Assembly (NCBI RefSeq): GCF_022045235.1
Contig: NW_027266297.1
Coordinates: 34,844,001-34,908,000 of the forward strand
Reading direction: 5' to 3'
Source: Haliotis cracherodii
Taxonomy: Eukaryota
DNA: 64,000 bases
Position numbers and translations under genes: made by a program. The notes beneath the pieces are model-generated. The model was not told the DNA's origin. It did not search any database and saw nothing but the letters and a program-made list of their open reading frames with translations. Within the stretch, counting starts at the first letter, position 1; each line of letters begins with the position of its first letter. Below, in pieces: positions 14,655-28,390 of the stretch.

Positions 14655-14845
14655 GGGGTGGTCGGGTAGCCTAGTGGCTAAAGCGTTCACTCGTCACGCC
14701 GAAGATCCGGGTTCAATTCCCAACATGGGTACAACGTGTGAAGCCCATTTCTGGTGTCCCCCACCGTGATATTGCTGGAATATTGCTTAAAGCGGCGTAA
14801 AACCATACTCACTCACTCACTCCTGACAAGATGAGTATGAGAAAA
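14655..14845 (+). mobile_element. SINE family A plus extra 3' segment copied from 12447-12472
   Basis: TSD ctca(g/a)ttgtaataa at 14641-14654 and 14846-14859 encloses SINE plus extra segment. Confidence 0.9.
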
Positions 14846-16685
14846 CTCAATTGTAATAAAGTGCTAGAATTGCAATGCTATAATCCCTTCGTTTTAAAAA
14901 TTGAGTTGCTTCAATATTTCCATGTGGGTGTAAAGTGAGAAGGCCCCCCACATTATTAAAGTTGTAATATTGCTAGGATTAATCAACACTAGAGTGACAA
15001 AAGCAAAAGCTGGGGTAAACTTGTGTGTTGAAAATGGAAATGTAAATCAGAAGCCTTGTCCAGTACAGTGAAGTGTACATCCTGTTTGCAACCAGCTGCT
15101 TGAGAAGGAAGTCAGTGCTGAAACCTGTTACATACAGAACTGCTATCTCTATCAGATAATCGTGACTACCGCTATCACTGTACCAAGTAACAACAATTTT
15201 TTAGTCTCATTAGCAGGACAGAAATTACCAAACACATTAAATTTGTTATTTTCCACATTTGAGAAACCTTTCTTAATTTCAGAACATCTTTTGTAAAAAG
15301 TAGAAAAATCTTGATACAGCTTAAGTTACAGTTTTGAAGGCTATGGGTTTGTAGGTTCTTTAGAACATTTTTAAACTGTTTTCATTAGAGGTAATAACCC
15401 TGAGATATATTATGGGAGTTTGTTGAAACAAGTTGTTTTCAAGATACCATGTTGCACAGTGTCATGAGTTACATAGGGGATATGAGAGCAAAGCTGGTGT
15501 ATAACTTTCATCAGAGATGTTAGCTTGCGTAACACCTGCCAACTGTGAAACTCCTGCTGGTCACCCATCCAATGTCTGTGTTACTTCACTCTTGCCTCGT
15601 TTCATCTCCTTGTATTTACATTTTGTATGCTCATTTTCACTCTGGGAAAGAAATTGGGCCCCCGAATTCGGAGTAGAAACTTGAATAAATATTTGATCAA
15701 GATCAGTATAATTGTCAGTATGGGTATGTATGAAAAGTCTTTTTATCATGGAGCTCTTGTTGCAAAGCAGATTTTATGATGTTCGTAAATGGCTAAATTG
15801 AACAGGATGTTGATCTGTTGGGTTCTGTAACAATTTGAGGAATGTTTGTTCGAGTCACAGTCAGGGGATCCAAGGTTCCAATCAGTCCCCAGGCACCTCT
15901 GCTGGTCAGAAGAGGCCTTTTAATGGATCTGATGGTCAGACTAGGTGACTTGGTTGATAGTGCCTCATTAGAACCTGAAGGCATGGATCAGTATTCACAG
16001 CATTGATCACTAGATTGACATACCCTTTCTTTCTAAGCTTTTATTTACTCCAGGGAGAAGTAGTATAAATCTAACATAATCTAATATGATATTGATAGAC
16101 AAAATATTTGTCTGTCTCACAGTCCCTTACTATATTCATTTTCTCTTCTGTCCAGGCCTTCCCATAATGCTGTAGCCTTAAATGAAGCAAGTCTACATTT
16201 TCTCCAGGTTCAGGCCCACCTCACTGGGGCTCCTTTTCAATATAAATAGAGTTGAAAAATATGTTATTGTAGCCTCATACACAAGTGATAAAACTGTTGT
16301 TGATGTGAGTACAAATATAAGATACAACAATGTATGATACATGTATGTACTTGTATATATGTGATAACACACTGTGTGAAAGAACAGTGTGACTTTCCAG
16401 AAGAGACCCAGGATATAATAACTATAACACATCTTCCATGTCAGCGCATCTTCAGGAGAAGGACCTCAACTTCTTTAATGGCTACCCATGCAGGGGAGAT
16501 ACCAGAAGGCAACTACACCAGCATTTAAGTTTATGATGATAGCTGATCCAGGGAGGGTTGAGATGGTGGAGCAGCATGGGGTTACATATATCAAACTGCC
16601 ATCAGGGACTCCATCTTTCTCCCAGACAGGCAGGTTGGCTTGTAGGCTGCCCAGTTGGGGGTGGGATAACCATGAATGAGGTTTG

Positions 16686-16841
16686 CAGTGATAGAAATAA
16701 ACAGTTTTAGTCCACTAGTCCTTATAATGACAACATATAGCAAATCCCATAAAAAGGGCAAATTTCTACTAGTCCTTATGATACCTTAACTATTGGGTAG
16801 TTTGACAAGGACATAAGGACTTGTGCCAATTTCTAACACTG
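16686..16841. mobile_element. hAT-like MITE with 6-bp TSD
   Basis: CAGTGATAGAAAT...ATTTCTAACACTG; ggtttg on both sides. Confidence 0.7.
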
Positions 16842-19800
16842 GGTTTGGTGATGTCATTGTCAAAGGTTGGCCATATAGGTGGAGATATGTGGATATGTAT
16901 GATAAGAAAGACATGTCTCTAAAGGCTTGATGGGTAGACTTCTTTGGAATTGGTTAAATGGTTTTGATGACACAAATTTGAAGGTTGTTAATATAAAAAA
17001 AATTGTTTTCCTTGAATTTTAACCTTTGGTGCCTCTGAGAATAAAATTAGTGTTGTTAAAACCAATATTTTGGTAAATTCCAACATTTGACTTGGTTATG
17101 TCTGATGTTGACATTATGTGGAAGTTAGGCAAGGCTCAGATTATTTTGTATATAATTGGCTCATAGTTGTTGAAGTTATTGTCATGTCTAGGAGTTACCT
17201 TAAAAATCATTTGTTGGAAACCGATATCAGTGCACATTGTACAAGGGCAAGGATTTTCAGGATTTTTTTGTTAATAATTAATAGAATTATCAGAGTACAA
17301 CTAATATATTGAAGGAGGCAGTTTGCCATGGCAGCTAATTCCAGTGCTGAAAAGGTAAATAATAGGTTATTTATCTGAACTGGACGACCACATACCTGTA
17401 TATGTCTGGAGAAAGAAAAATTCTACAAGAAATTTTTGTTTGGGAATCAGAAATAAATGAAAACATTCCACGTTTAATAAAACAATCATTAATTGAAAAC
17501 CAACATTTTCATCTAGTACGAGACAAAACAAGCATGGCTGAAGTAAAACTGTATATTCGTTCCATATGTTCTTCAGACTACCAAGAACTTAAAAAATCCA
17601 CAGTAGCTTTATCCCTGCAGGGTTCCCGCCATCTGTTTTCTGGTACCAGGGTACACCGCTAACAACATCAAACACGTGTTTCTGGCATAATGTGCTCCCC
17701 GCTTCACTTGGAGACCTAAATAAAGACAAAATTCAAAATTGGATCATTTTTTCAAGAGGACATCATGTCACATGAGTATTGAGACCGTCTGTGGAAATAT
17801 ATTTCTCATGCCCCTGCTGTCCCGTATGGAGATAGTGATCATGGTGAGGGTTATGGTAAATGCAGACTGGCTTGTCAATTGATGAAAGAATCCTAGGATG
17901 GATTCCATCCTCGCCCAACACATCTGAAATATTCACTCAGTGCGCCTACCAGACCCCACACAACATGGAGATAAAAAATGGATTCATACTGATATGTCAC
18001 AACTGTTGTTTTCTTAAAAGATTTTATCACCATGTGGCAAAAAATTCATATTTTGTTAGATTTGGGCAAACATGTATATGTTAGTGTTTATTTTCACTGA
18101 CATTTGTAATCCAATTGTATTTAAAAGTGTGATATATTGCGTTATACCTTAAATCACATGGGATATCAGTTTAGGTTTTTTAGACATATGATGAAATCAT
18201 GTTATGTATTTCTTAGTTGGCACAACATTCTTTTCAAATATTGGGTTTATTTGAGGTTTGTCTTCATAGTTTTGTTATTAATCTTTCACACTCATGGCAG
18301 AGTTCCAAAGCCGTGATCCAAATAAAAATTATTTTGACAATATCACTCACATGAGATGTTGGCCATAAGTCCTTGGTATTCCAATGTCAAAGTGTTGCTA
18401 GAATTGATGCCTTTCTCCCAGCCATCAATGCCTTTACTTGTGGCTATGGGAACTTTTATTTTATGATGCAACAGATACATACACATATATACCTCAGTTC
18501 CATGGAGTTAGCCAATACCAGTGTCACCATCAGCTTTGTGCCGTTGTGTTCTTGCTGTCTCTTCGGGCTTTCCTCCCATATTAAGCTGACTCCATGATAT
18601 GACTGGAATACTGTTAAACCCAACACTCACACACACACTCACTCACTCACTCACTCAATTAGCTTTCTTACTTTGACCCATAGATATAGATATTTATTTT
18701 ATGTGTTTCATGACGACAAGTTGGACTTAATTGAAAATGGGTATAGTGCAGAACTAAAAAAGTGTAGATGAAACTCGTTATACAGATCAGTCTATTGGTG
18801 AACTGGTGCCTTTTGATGATTTGGCATTTTACAAAAATACTGAACAGCATTATGTTTTCTTCACTGAACTGAAGGTATCCAATGGCAATGAACCAAAAGT
18901 GGGGAAAAGTAGCCATACTCCATATCTGAAGTGCACCAGACTTGGGGATATGTCATCTCCTGATGATTCTTGTTCAAGATAATATTCATCAGAAGCAGTT
19001 ATTACCTTTGTATTAATCTCCCCATAGGCAATATGTTTTGAACCTTTTGCCTGATATCAAGTTAATGAAAAAAGTGCTAAATGTCCCTTCAAAAGGTCAT
19101 TTCAAGCTGCAATTGTGCGGAACCAATGATATATCAGGTGAATGTTTTTAAGAAGTAATATGTCAAACCAGTTCAAGGGGTTGCCCATGGCTTCAAAGGA
19201 GGGGGATTATTTTTGGCATCTCAGATCATATAAATGGCCCATTGCCAATGGCGCCATTTGGGAAGAAGGCATGTTCCCTCTGTTATACCACAATGGTGCC
19301 TTCTTACAATTCCTCTATGCTGTGATGCAGAGCACATTATGTTATGTAGCTCACCTGTAACCTCACGTCTAGATTGAGGGGCTAGGGAAAGAAGATGGAG
19401 GTGGTTCCTGGGGAGAATTTTCATTGAGGTCGGGGAGAGGTCAGGACGATATGAGCAAGCTGCTTGCCATACCACAACTGATCTCTGGACCGAGTTGGGT
19501 ACCTGTGCTGTGGGTGGGGAGGAGGAAGGAGCCAAATTGTGTCAGTTGATGGTTGGCTGGTGGGCAGTAATGGTTGAAGGCTCAACACCTCTTAATGTGT
19601 TTTGTTCAGCCTAAAGAAGGGATAGGAACGCTGGTGGTGGCAAGCAGAGTGCCATTATCACAACCTTGAGTATTTGAGTCTACATGAACACTTACCTCAT
19701 GACAGAATCGCCTTTATATAGATTTATATTTGTGGTTTACTTAGAGTTGTGGGCAAGCTTTTATTTTTCCATTAAAAGCTGTATTTTATGGAGATTGTGT

Positions 19801-21526
19801 CAAATTCATCGTTTTGATTTATCCTAAATGCACGATGTTAGCCTTGTATGTCATCATTTTGTTGAAATATAAATGACTTTTTTGACATTGTACCAAAGGT
19901 TTTTGCAAGTGAAATTACATCTTGTAATAGAATTCTATTCATCCATAAAATCTGAAGTGAAAGAATGTCAGTGCGCTGGTTTAATGGTTTCGCAAGTTGT
20001 AATATGATGCTCTTTATTTCAATTTTATCATCATTACATCATAATTTGAACTTCTAATATTACCACTTGGTCTTGTTAATATTTGAAGTTTTCCATCATT
20101 ATATAATAATTTGAACTTGTAATATAATCACTTTGCCATGTTAGCAGTGGAAGCTGAGTTGTTGGGTCAGTTTTAGAATAAAAGAGTAGACATCATTCTG
20201 AATATGTCTTAAATGGCTACTTGGACCTGAAAAGGGAGATAACTTCTTTGAGGCTGGGAGAATTTGCAGCCCACTAAAATATATGCCAGGATTTAACTAT
20301 TGATAGTGTTATGTCTAGATAAGAAAGGATTGGGTTGCTTTCAACACAGCAGGTGGGGTTAACTGCTTACACTCAAAGATGAAACAGTTACATGAGGTTT
20401 GAATTTTCAAAACATAAATAGTTTAAGGTATTTTTAAACTCCTTTAGCAAATTCATGCCCCTAGTTCAAGACCAAACAATTGTACTATTTCCATATTCAT
20501 GTTTTGGTCTAAGATCCATCAATCATTTCATTTGTTATTTGACCTATATCCATTCCTAGCCTAGTTGTCAAGATGGACAGTTGTCTTGCTTTTCTCATAC
20601 AGGGGTTTCTGACAATATAGATGGTGTCAAACCAGCTGGCGCCGACATAAATCAGATATTATATTCATCAGTATCTCCAGTGACCTCCTGATCAGTTTGT
20701 GTATCAGTTAGATAAAAACGGCCATCACAGCGGTGACAAACACGATACTTATAATTAGATTACTTCCATTATCTTAAATGGAGAGAAGTTTTCCTGGCAC
20801 CTTTGTCCATGTTTTTCAAGCCTGATGAAGAGAAGATCTTGAGTGCTGTCAGAAGTGGCTCGAAGCCAGAGGTCTGAAAAATGATCGCTAGGGTTCACTT
20901 TCTAAATATACGACGTCAATCTTCTACGAGAGTGTTTATCACAGAGATGGGTAACCCCTTTGCTGCCAAATTCAGATTGTGTTAAACATTGATTATCACT
21001 CCGAAGGATAACACTGATTATCGCCCTCAGAGGTAACAAAAGTGGTGTGAGATTCAGGTACCGACTCATAATTGTATCCGTCAGTATTAAATATTTAAAG
21101 TTTTGTATATTCATGAGTCATCTTGTCATGGATTATATTTCCATTATCAAAATGTGGATTCCTAGAGATCACTTTTAAGCACTTGATCTGGTGTCTATTT
21201 TTCCCACATTTGTGTAAGCAGTTCCGGTAGTATAAACATTAAATATGATAAATGTATCTGATATGATGCCAACATATTTTTATTCGCTTTTACCTGGATA
21301 GTCTTCCTTGGGATCCCAGGGAGCCATGGAGAAATGTAAACAGCCTACATTGTGGAGTATACCCTTAAGACATGCATGTGTTTGGAAAGGTTAGGAAAAT
21401 ACAAGTAGTATAGACTGGTGTTGTGGGGATAGCATTCAGTTAGCCCAGCCACAGATGGTCAGCAGTCACAACTGGCTGGCATGCTGACAGGTTTACCGAC
21501 TCTACCCTACTATAGGTCCATCTCTA

Positions 21527-21875
21527 TTCAGATGATCTTCAAGCTTTATGTCAATGGTGAAATATTCAACAACATGTTCTACCAACATTCACCTAGTCTA
21601 GGTCCAACTGGATTCAGATGGTCTTTGAGCTTCATTTCAATGGCAAAATATTCAACATGTTATACCAACATTCACCTAGTCTAGGTCCAACTGGATTCAG
21701 ATGGTCTTTGAGCTTCATTTCAATGGCAAAATATTCAACATGTTATACCAACATTCACCTAGTCTAGGTCCAACTGGATTCAGATGGTCTTTGAGCTTCA
21801 TTTCAATGGCAAAATATTCAACATGTTATACCAACATTCACCTAGTCTAGGTCCAACTGGATTCAGATGGTCTTT
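21527..21875. repeat. Tandem repeat, 83-bp unit, ~4 copies
   Basis: ggtccaactgg at 21601, 21684, 21767, 21850. Confidence 0.95.
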
Positions 21876-22733
21876 CCAGCTCTGGTGTAAATGTCAGCAA
21901 AACGTCCATCAACATGGTTTACCGACATCCCGCTTGTGTCGTCGGTCTGTTGCATACAGGTCATTTTCCCCCAGTTACCCGTATTCATTTCACTGACAGT
22001 GTGTGAAGCATTATGGGGTACCATTATAACTCTACCATAGGTCCTGTTTCATTCAGGTTATCCATTCAACAAATACAAACAGTGTTTAGATATGATGGTA
22101 ATGTTTAACAGAGTAATGTTGTGTTTGTAATCCTACCTCTCTTGATTTGATGCCATGGAAGTCACAGGCTGTTTTGTTCTAAGCCTACGTCCGCAGTGAA
22201 TATGTGGTTGTGATGATATCAAAAGTGAAGTGCTGCTTTAGATTTTTCGCCCTTGAGAGAGATTTTATTTCACGTCTGCTCTTTTGTGAATGTTTGTTCT
22301 GCAGATGTGAGCTCATCAACCAACTTCAAACCTACCTATCTCCTCCAAACTCACCTAACAAACACTTGAAACTGACACACCCATCTCAAAGCCTTCCATC
22401 AGAACACACCCAAGTCCCATCCGCCAGTATGGTTCCAGCCATCAATCACAATATTCTCCAAAGCATCAACTTCTATCACAGGAAAGGCTTTCTCCTTTAT
22501 TTTGATGCCACTTACTTTTCTTCAAACCACCAAAACATTTCCAAACACACCACCGAAAACAGTTCCAAACGCACCACCATTTAAACATTTATAACACACC
22601 AGCAAGCACAATGACCCCCCATCCACCCCACCCCAACTTCGTGTCCAGTGTAGGTCTAGAAGTCTAACAGCTTTTGTAAAAAGATTTTGACTAATTGTAA
22701 TACAGGTTACCATATATTGCTATAGAGAACCAG

Positions 22734-22840
22734 GGCCCACTTGCACAAAGCAATCTTAGCGCTACGACTATTGTAAGCCTATGTTAAAGTATGGGAGTTA
22801 CGATCAACTTTGCGCTAAGATCACTTTGTGCAAGTGGGCC
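22734..22840. mobile_element. MITE family E (PIF/Harbinger-like)
   Basis: TIR GGCCCACTTGCACAAAG / CTTTGTGCAAGTGGGCC; CAG/CTG (CWG) flanks. Confidence 0.85.
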
Positions 22841-22989
22841 CTGATCTAAGACTAGGAGGCAATACAAATAGTGGTTGTAGGGCCTGTTTCAATCTGGTCC
22901 TTCTCAGATTGAAAGCTGATTGGAGATATATATACCCCTGCCTCAATATTATCAAGTAAAGATAAGAATTTATGGATGAACAACTTCTT

Positions 22990-23312
22990 GTCATTCTACC
23001 TGAATATTTCCCCCGGTAATGTAAGATAACACTACCTCACCTAGGTATTCCCGACTTCTTACACTCTGCGGTCATTCTACCGGAATGTTACCCCGGTAAT
23101 GTAAGATAACACTACCTCACCTAGGTATTCCCAACTTCTTACACTCTGCGGTCATTCTACCTGAATGTTTCCCCGGTAATGTAAGATAACACTACTTCAC
23201 CTAGGTATTCCCGACTTCTTACACTCTGCGGTCATTCTACCTGAATGTTTCCCCTGTTAATGTAAGATAACACTACCTCACCTAGGTATTCCCGTCTTCT
23301 TATTCTGCAGTC
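22990..23312. repeat. Tandem repeat, 80-bp unit, 4 copies
   Basis: gtcattctac...gtaagataacactacctcacctagg. Confidence 0.95.
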
Positions 23313-25299
23313 ACATGGTACACCTGCAATCAACATGTTTCTGTATGGAGAGGGTTAATATTACTTCCATGATGTTTGACTTTCACAATTCATGTCCTTT
23401 CATTGTAACAGGGCCCTGAAATGTTGATTGAGAAATTAATGTTTAGCTTTTGTTGTCATCCTGACTATTCCTGTGTTAAAGGTCAGACTGATATTACGAG
23501 CAGTATGTCATACATCACAAGAAGGTGATATAAGAGGATAAACACACGTGACATCAGATGCTCTTGTTTGTATCTGCCCTCAGGAAGACGATCCACGTGA
23601 ACACTTTCTTATATACATCATGAGATTTGTATTTGATAAGAACTGTATTGTGAACTCCGACAAAACAATATATCTGTCTTGCGTGATGTTGATACTGGGT
23701 GGGAGAAGTCTCTTCTCTATTCCTGGCCTCGTATCTTATATCTCCGCAGTACAGGCGCTCAATGTTAAAATAACACATCATCCTCAGGCACTGCCAGCTG
23801 CGAAAGGAGACAATGTGCACCTACATTAGTGTCAAGAATTCAGATCTTGTCAAATGATACTTAGCCTATCCATGCTGGACTTGATAAACCTGGTGTGAAA
23901 CTCCATACCCCCTGCAGCTGTAAACAGAGTTTTGTAGACCGCATGGAGAACTTGACAAAAATAGTAGAAACCTTGGGTGTATCTGTGATATCCAACTACA
24001 TCAAGATAGAGAAAGGTTGAGGTAGACAACTGCTGCTGATATCTGGGATAGATGTAAGAAGTATGTCTGCTCCATAATCAAAACACATTCACAACATAGC
24101 ACGGTCACGCATTCTTTATCATTTCTTCGTTTGCCTGCTTGGATTCACACAGATAAGCTTTGATCAGACAAGAACACAACAAATTAAGCCAGAAATCGCA
24201 TACGTAAAATTCAGAGGAGGTGATTTTATTCTTGAGTTTACTCCACTGTTGCATCTGATGCTTGAGAGCTTCATGTAATATTTACAATATGAGGCTGTGT
24301 ACCTGTTGCCTCCTCAATCATATTGTAAAATGAAATTTGTGCAGGGTGAAAAAGAACTAGACGTTGCCTTTGGGTTGATGGAAAAGATATTTATGGATGT
24401 GCGAGTGGAAGTCATGAATGTTTGATACATGCTGAAGATGTCCAATCTCACGTGGAATAGAGAGCTGTCTGGTAACCCTATGGAGAGTGTACATGCTTGT
24501 CAGGAACTGGTACAGTTCCCACATGGGTACAATTTGTACAATCTACTCTTGTCAGTACCGCCCTCAGTACACTCCTCCGTCATCCACTCTTACAGGATGG
24601 ATAAGAGTTAAACTGTGAAAACCCTATTACTGGTGGTCAGGTTCCAGAAGAATCCTTTCTAGATTCTGTGAACCTGCTCCCCCTGAATACCTTCAGACAA
24701 CTATGTGTGTTCTGCCTTCATCTCCAACTGCCCCTGACATTCTAGAGCCACTTGACCAGTGGTCTGTCATCTTCAGCAAGGATTTGCAAGTAATCCCTCA
24801 ACACCTGGCACAGTTGGAGGTGGTCAGATGTTTGACCTCAGGTCATCTGACAATTCTCAACATGCTTAGTATCAAACTGGACCTTTCATCACCTTTGGTG
24901 GTCAAGTCTCGGTGATAAGTCTGAGGGTGGGGGGATGATTAGGGTGGGGGGATGATTGGCGTGACTCACAGAAGTATTGATTCAGACATAGATTGCAGAA
25001 CATTAAGAAATCTGTTTTTTGGATATGGTTATCCAGTTCCTTGTCATTGTCCTACATTATGGTAAATTTCTATGTTGTGTAGAAAGTTTTCTGTTGAAAT
25101 ACTTTCTGCATCCACTGAGGGTTGAAGAATAAGAATATTTATTGTACATAAACACCCACAGGGGGCAGGATACAAAACATGAACATGACTAATTAAACAC
25201 TGACATACACAAGAGAATACAAATATTGCTATGATTATATTGCTAGAGAGGAGATGCAGACTTTCTTTGCCTGAACATTTTGTGAATGAAATTGGAGAT

Positions 25300-25650
25300 A
25301 ATTTTTGCAAAAGACTGGTGGATTTAAAAGTATTTTTAGAGATATTGAGTGTATAGCCAAGGTGGGTGATGAATATAGTTCCTGTCTCAAGTCTTTGTAC
25401 AGAGGGCATTGTAACAGGAAGTGTTCCTTATCTTCTATTTCTTCAATATCACTGAAGGTACATAATCTTTCTTCTGTTGGAGTGTTAAAGTACCTTCCTC
25501 TCTCAATTTGAAGATTTTGAGCACTGAGTCTTAGCCTTATAACTGCTTTGCGGTGTTCTAATGGTTGTGCTAAATGGTTCAGTAGTGAGAAGATGCTGTA
25601 AGTCATGCTTCCCAAATGTAATCTTAGGTACACTTTGATACTTCAGGCAT
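25300..25650 (-). mobile_element. Non-LTR retrotransposon ORF2 C-terminal fragment (CR1/L2/RTE-X-type zinc-finger region), decayed
   Basis: RLRLSAQNLQIERGRY...RLC...IEDKEHFLLQCPLYKDLR motif in ORF 25235..25633. Confidence 0.8.
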
Positions 25651-25830
25651 AAAGTAGTTACCCTGAGGGAAATACTTAATCCCAAAGGCAGAGTTCAACA
25701 TCTAGTTTTATGCTAATTAGGTTTGCCTGGTGGCATGTACTCAGCAAACCATGGCTAGTTTGTGGTCACTCAGGTGAACAAAAGTGGAATTGAACTCAAA
25801 CAGATGGTCAAAGAAACTGATGTAGCTAGA

Positions 25831-26060
25831 GCAGACTGTCAGCCTTGTAGCAGACGGTCAATCATTGAGTTGACCAAACTGACCGACACCCATGAAGCAG
25901 ACTGTCAGCCTTGTAACAGACAGTCAATCTTTGAGTTGACCAAACTGACCGACACCCATGAAGCAGACTGTCAGCCTTGTAGCAGACAGTCAATCATTGA
26001 GTTGACCAAACTGACCGGCAGCCATGAAGCAGATGGTCAGTCATGGAGCAGACGGTCAGC
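25831..26060. repeat. Tandem repeat, 66-bp unit, ~3.5 copies
   Basis: gcagactgtcagccttgt at 66-bp spacing. Confidence 0.93.
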
Positions 26061-27308
26061 CCTAGGTGTGGTCCAGGTGTATTCATTAGGGTCAGTTCCA
26101 TCTGGACATGTTAGTAATGCAAGATGTTCCTTCTGATCGCTATAATGTGTTGATGGTTGTGGGTCAAGTCCACCAGGCCTGCGAATGAGGCAACACTGGT
26201 GTTGATTATGTAAGAGTGATGCTGCAGGTGTCCTGGTGGAATTGGTATCACTGACAGCGCAGGAAGGAATCCTTGTTACTTGTCCTGACATGCCAGAACC
26301 TGCATTCATTAACCCCACTTCAGAATGAACAGGAACTTGTACAGTCCACATCCAATGACGTCGCAAAAGTAAATTAATGAGAGAAACTTGCACAGTCCAA
26401 ATACTCCCATAGAAGTAGATTAATAATAACTTATATAAAGCCTCCTTACAATAAGGACATTAATCAAAGATAATGCATATATTTGTACTTTTATTGTTGT
26501 ATTGATGGATCCAAGATGCTATTACTCATAAGATATTCATGACTATGTTTTGAATAATGTATACACTTACTTGTCTTTGAAGTTACTTGTTTAAAAGTGC
26601 TACAGATTCAGCACCCATACAATAAAGTTACTGGTAGATAAATATTAATATTGTAATTCTCATTTGCTTTCTTTTCTTTGTTTGTGGACCCTACTTGGAT
26701 AAAAATCAATCAATCATAGATGTAACTTTGTAATATCACAGACCTCTATTCAATTATTTTTTATTGCCAATGTATAGAAATACTGTTGACATCTTTTCAC
26801 ATCCTACAATAACCATCAAAGAGTAAATATTCTTTATGAGATGTGTTGTAACTGCATTGAAACTTACATTACTAGAAAAAATACATTTGCAATCAACAAT
26901 CTGAGAGCAATGTCCCAGTAGAAAATGGAAAGGAAGACCCCCTACTGTGAGAACATACGATAATAAGACCTCCATGTTTTTTTAAGGGAACACAACAAAC
27001 GATAGAAACAGATTTCCTCACAGGAAGATATGATGATTAATCACTGCGATACAAGTATTAAATTTCAATCAAGATCTGATGAACTCGGCCATGATCTTCA
27101 AGTTGCATCTATTTTACTTGTTTCTACATTACAGCAACTCTTGAATAAAAACTGCAATGTGTAACCCATCGTCTGTAAAGAAAACCTCCCGAGATGAGGT
27201 AGCTGGGCCGTGACTGATGTCAAAAGCAATGAGCACATATCAAAGTGTTTTTGCTGTGGGAATATGGAAGAGACATCAGTGAGGGCAGGGTTTTGAGTGA
27301 ACACAGAA

Positions 27309-27565
27309 CATGAGCTGTGGCTGGGAGTCACACAATGAGCTGTGGCTGGGAGATCCACCATGAGCTGTGAGATCCACAATGAGCTGTGGCTAAGAGTCAC
27401 ACAATGAGCTGTGGCTGGGAGTCACACAATGAGCTGTGGCTGGGAGATCCACCATGAGCTGTTGCTGTGAGTCATACAATGAGCTGTGGCTGGGAGATCC
27501 ACCATGAGCTGTGGCTGGGAGATCCACCATTAGCTGTGGCTGGGAGTCCTACAATGAGCTGCACC
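27309..27565. repeat. Minisatellite, ~25-bp unit, ~11 copies
   Basis: atgagctgtggctgggag. Confidence 0.93.
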
Positions 27566-28146
27566 ATGACTATGGAATATATGTATTTTATGAAAACAAA
27601 ACTCAATCTAAATTTACATAAAAGCAAGTCTAGCCAGTACGAAAACTCATTTGCTTTAGTTTTAGAGGAGAGGAATGTATTACGTAATAAAGATTTCATA
27701 GACTATATATTAGTCTAGGAGATCCACAATGACATGTTGCAGGGAGTCCCACCAGGACCTGTCTCTGACCTGTAGCTGGTAGCTCCACCATGAGCTGTTT
27801 CCATAGTGCTGATATTTTTTACCATGTCATGAAGTAATGAGACTCCTCCCACTGAGAACACCAGCATGTTGGCCATGTCCCTGAGTGCAACCTTATATGT
27901 TCCTTTGCCAGGTTGAGATGGTTGTGTTTGGATGCGTTCACCAGAGAATATGCATTATGACACTGTCTGATATGCTTCAATGATGAAAAGTGGTGTAAAT
28001 TATTAAATTAATGTCAATTTTAGACGGAAATTAGTTGGCATCAGTTGTTTGAAGTCATATGGGTAACTATTTTTTTAATCTCTCTTGTTGAAGTTGTGGT
28101 AAGTGAGTGCGAGTTATACAGATACCAAGTACCCTCTGATTATAAT

Positions 28147-28312
28147 GGGGGCGGTCGGGTAGCCTCGTGGTTAAAGCACTCGCTCGTCACGCCGAAGACC
28201 TGGGTTCGATTCCTGACATGGGTACAATGTGTGGAGCCCATTTCTAGTGTCCCCAGCCATCATATTGCTGGAATATCACTAACAACGGCGTAAAACCATA
28301 CTCACTCACTCA
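28147..28312 (+). mobile_element. SINE family A
   Basis: Full length; ttataatgg flanks. Confidence 0.9.
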
Positions 28313-28328
28313 TTCTTGTTATAATGGT

Positions 28329-28390
28329 TGGTTGGTTGGTTTGTTGTTTAACGCTGCACTCAGCAATATTCCAGCTATATGATGGCGGTC
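28329..28390 (-). mobile_element. 5'-truncated SINE family B, antisense, at the TSD of the A copy
   Basis: Reverse complement of gaccgccatcatatagctggaatattgctgagtgcagcgttaaacaacaaacc; third ttataatgg follows. Confidence 0.8.

Noticed and set aside
22204-22620. C/A-skewed stretch and 126-aa ORF, possible LINE remnant
   Set aside because: No recognisable RT or endonuclease motif; cannot be supported without a search
25762-26136. 124-aa ORF with CQPC repeats
   Set aside because: Produced by the 66-bp tandem repeat
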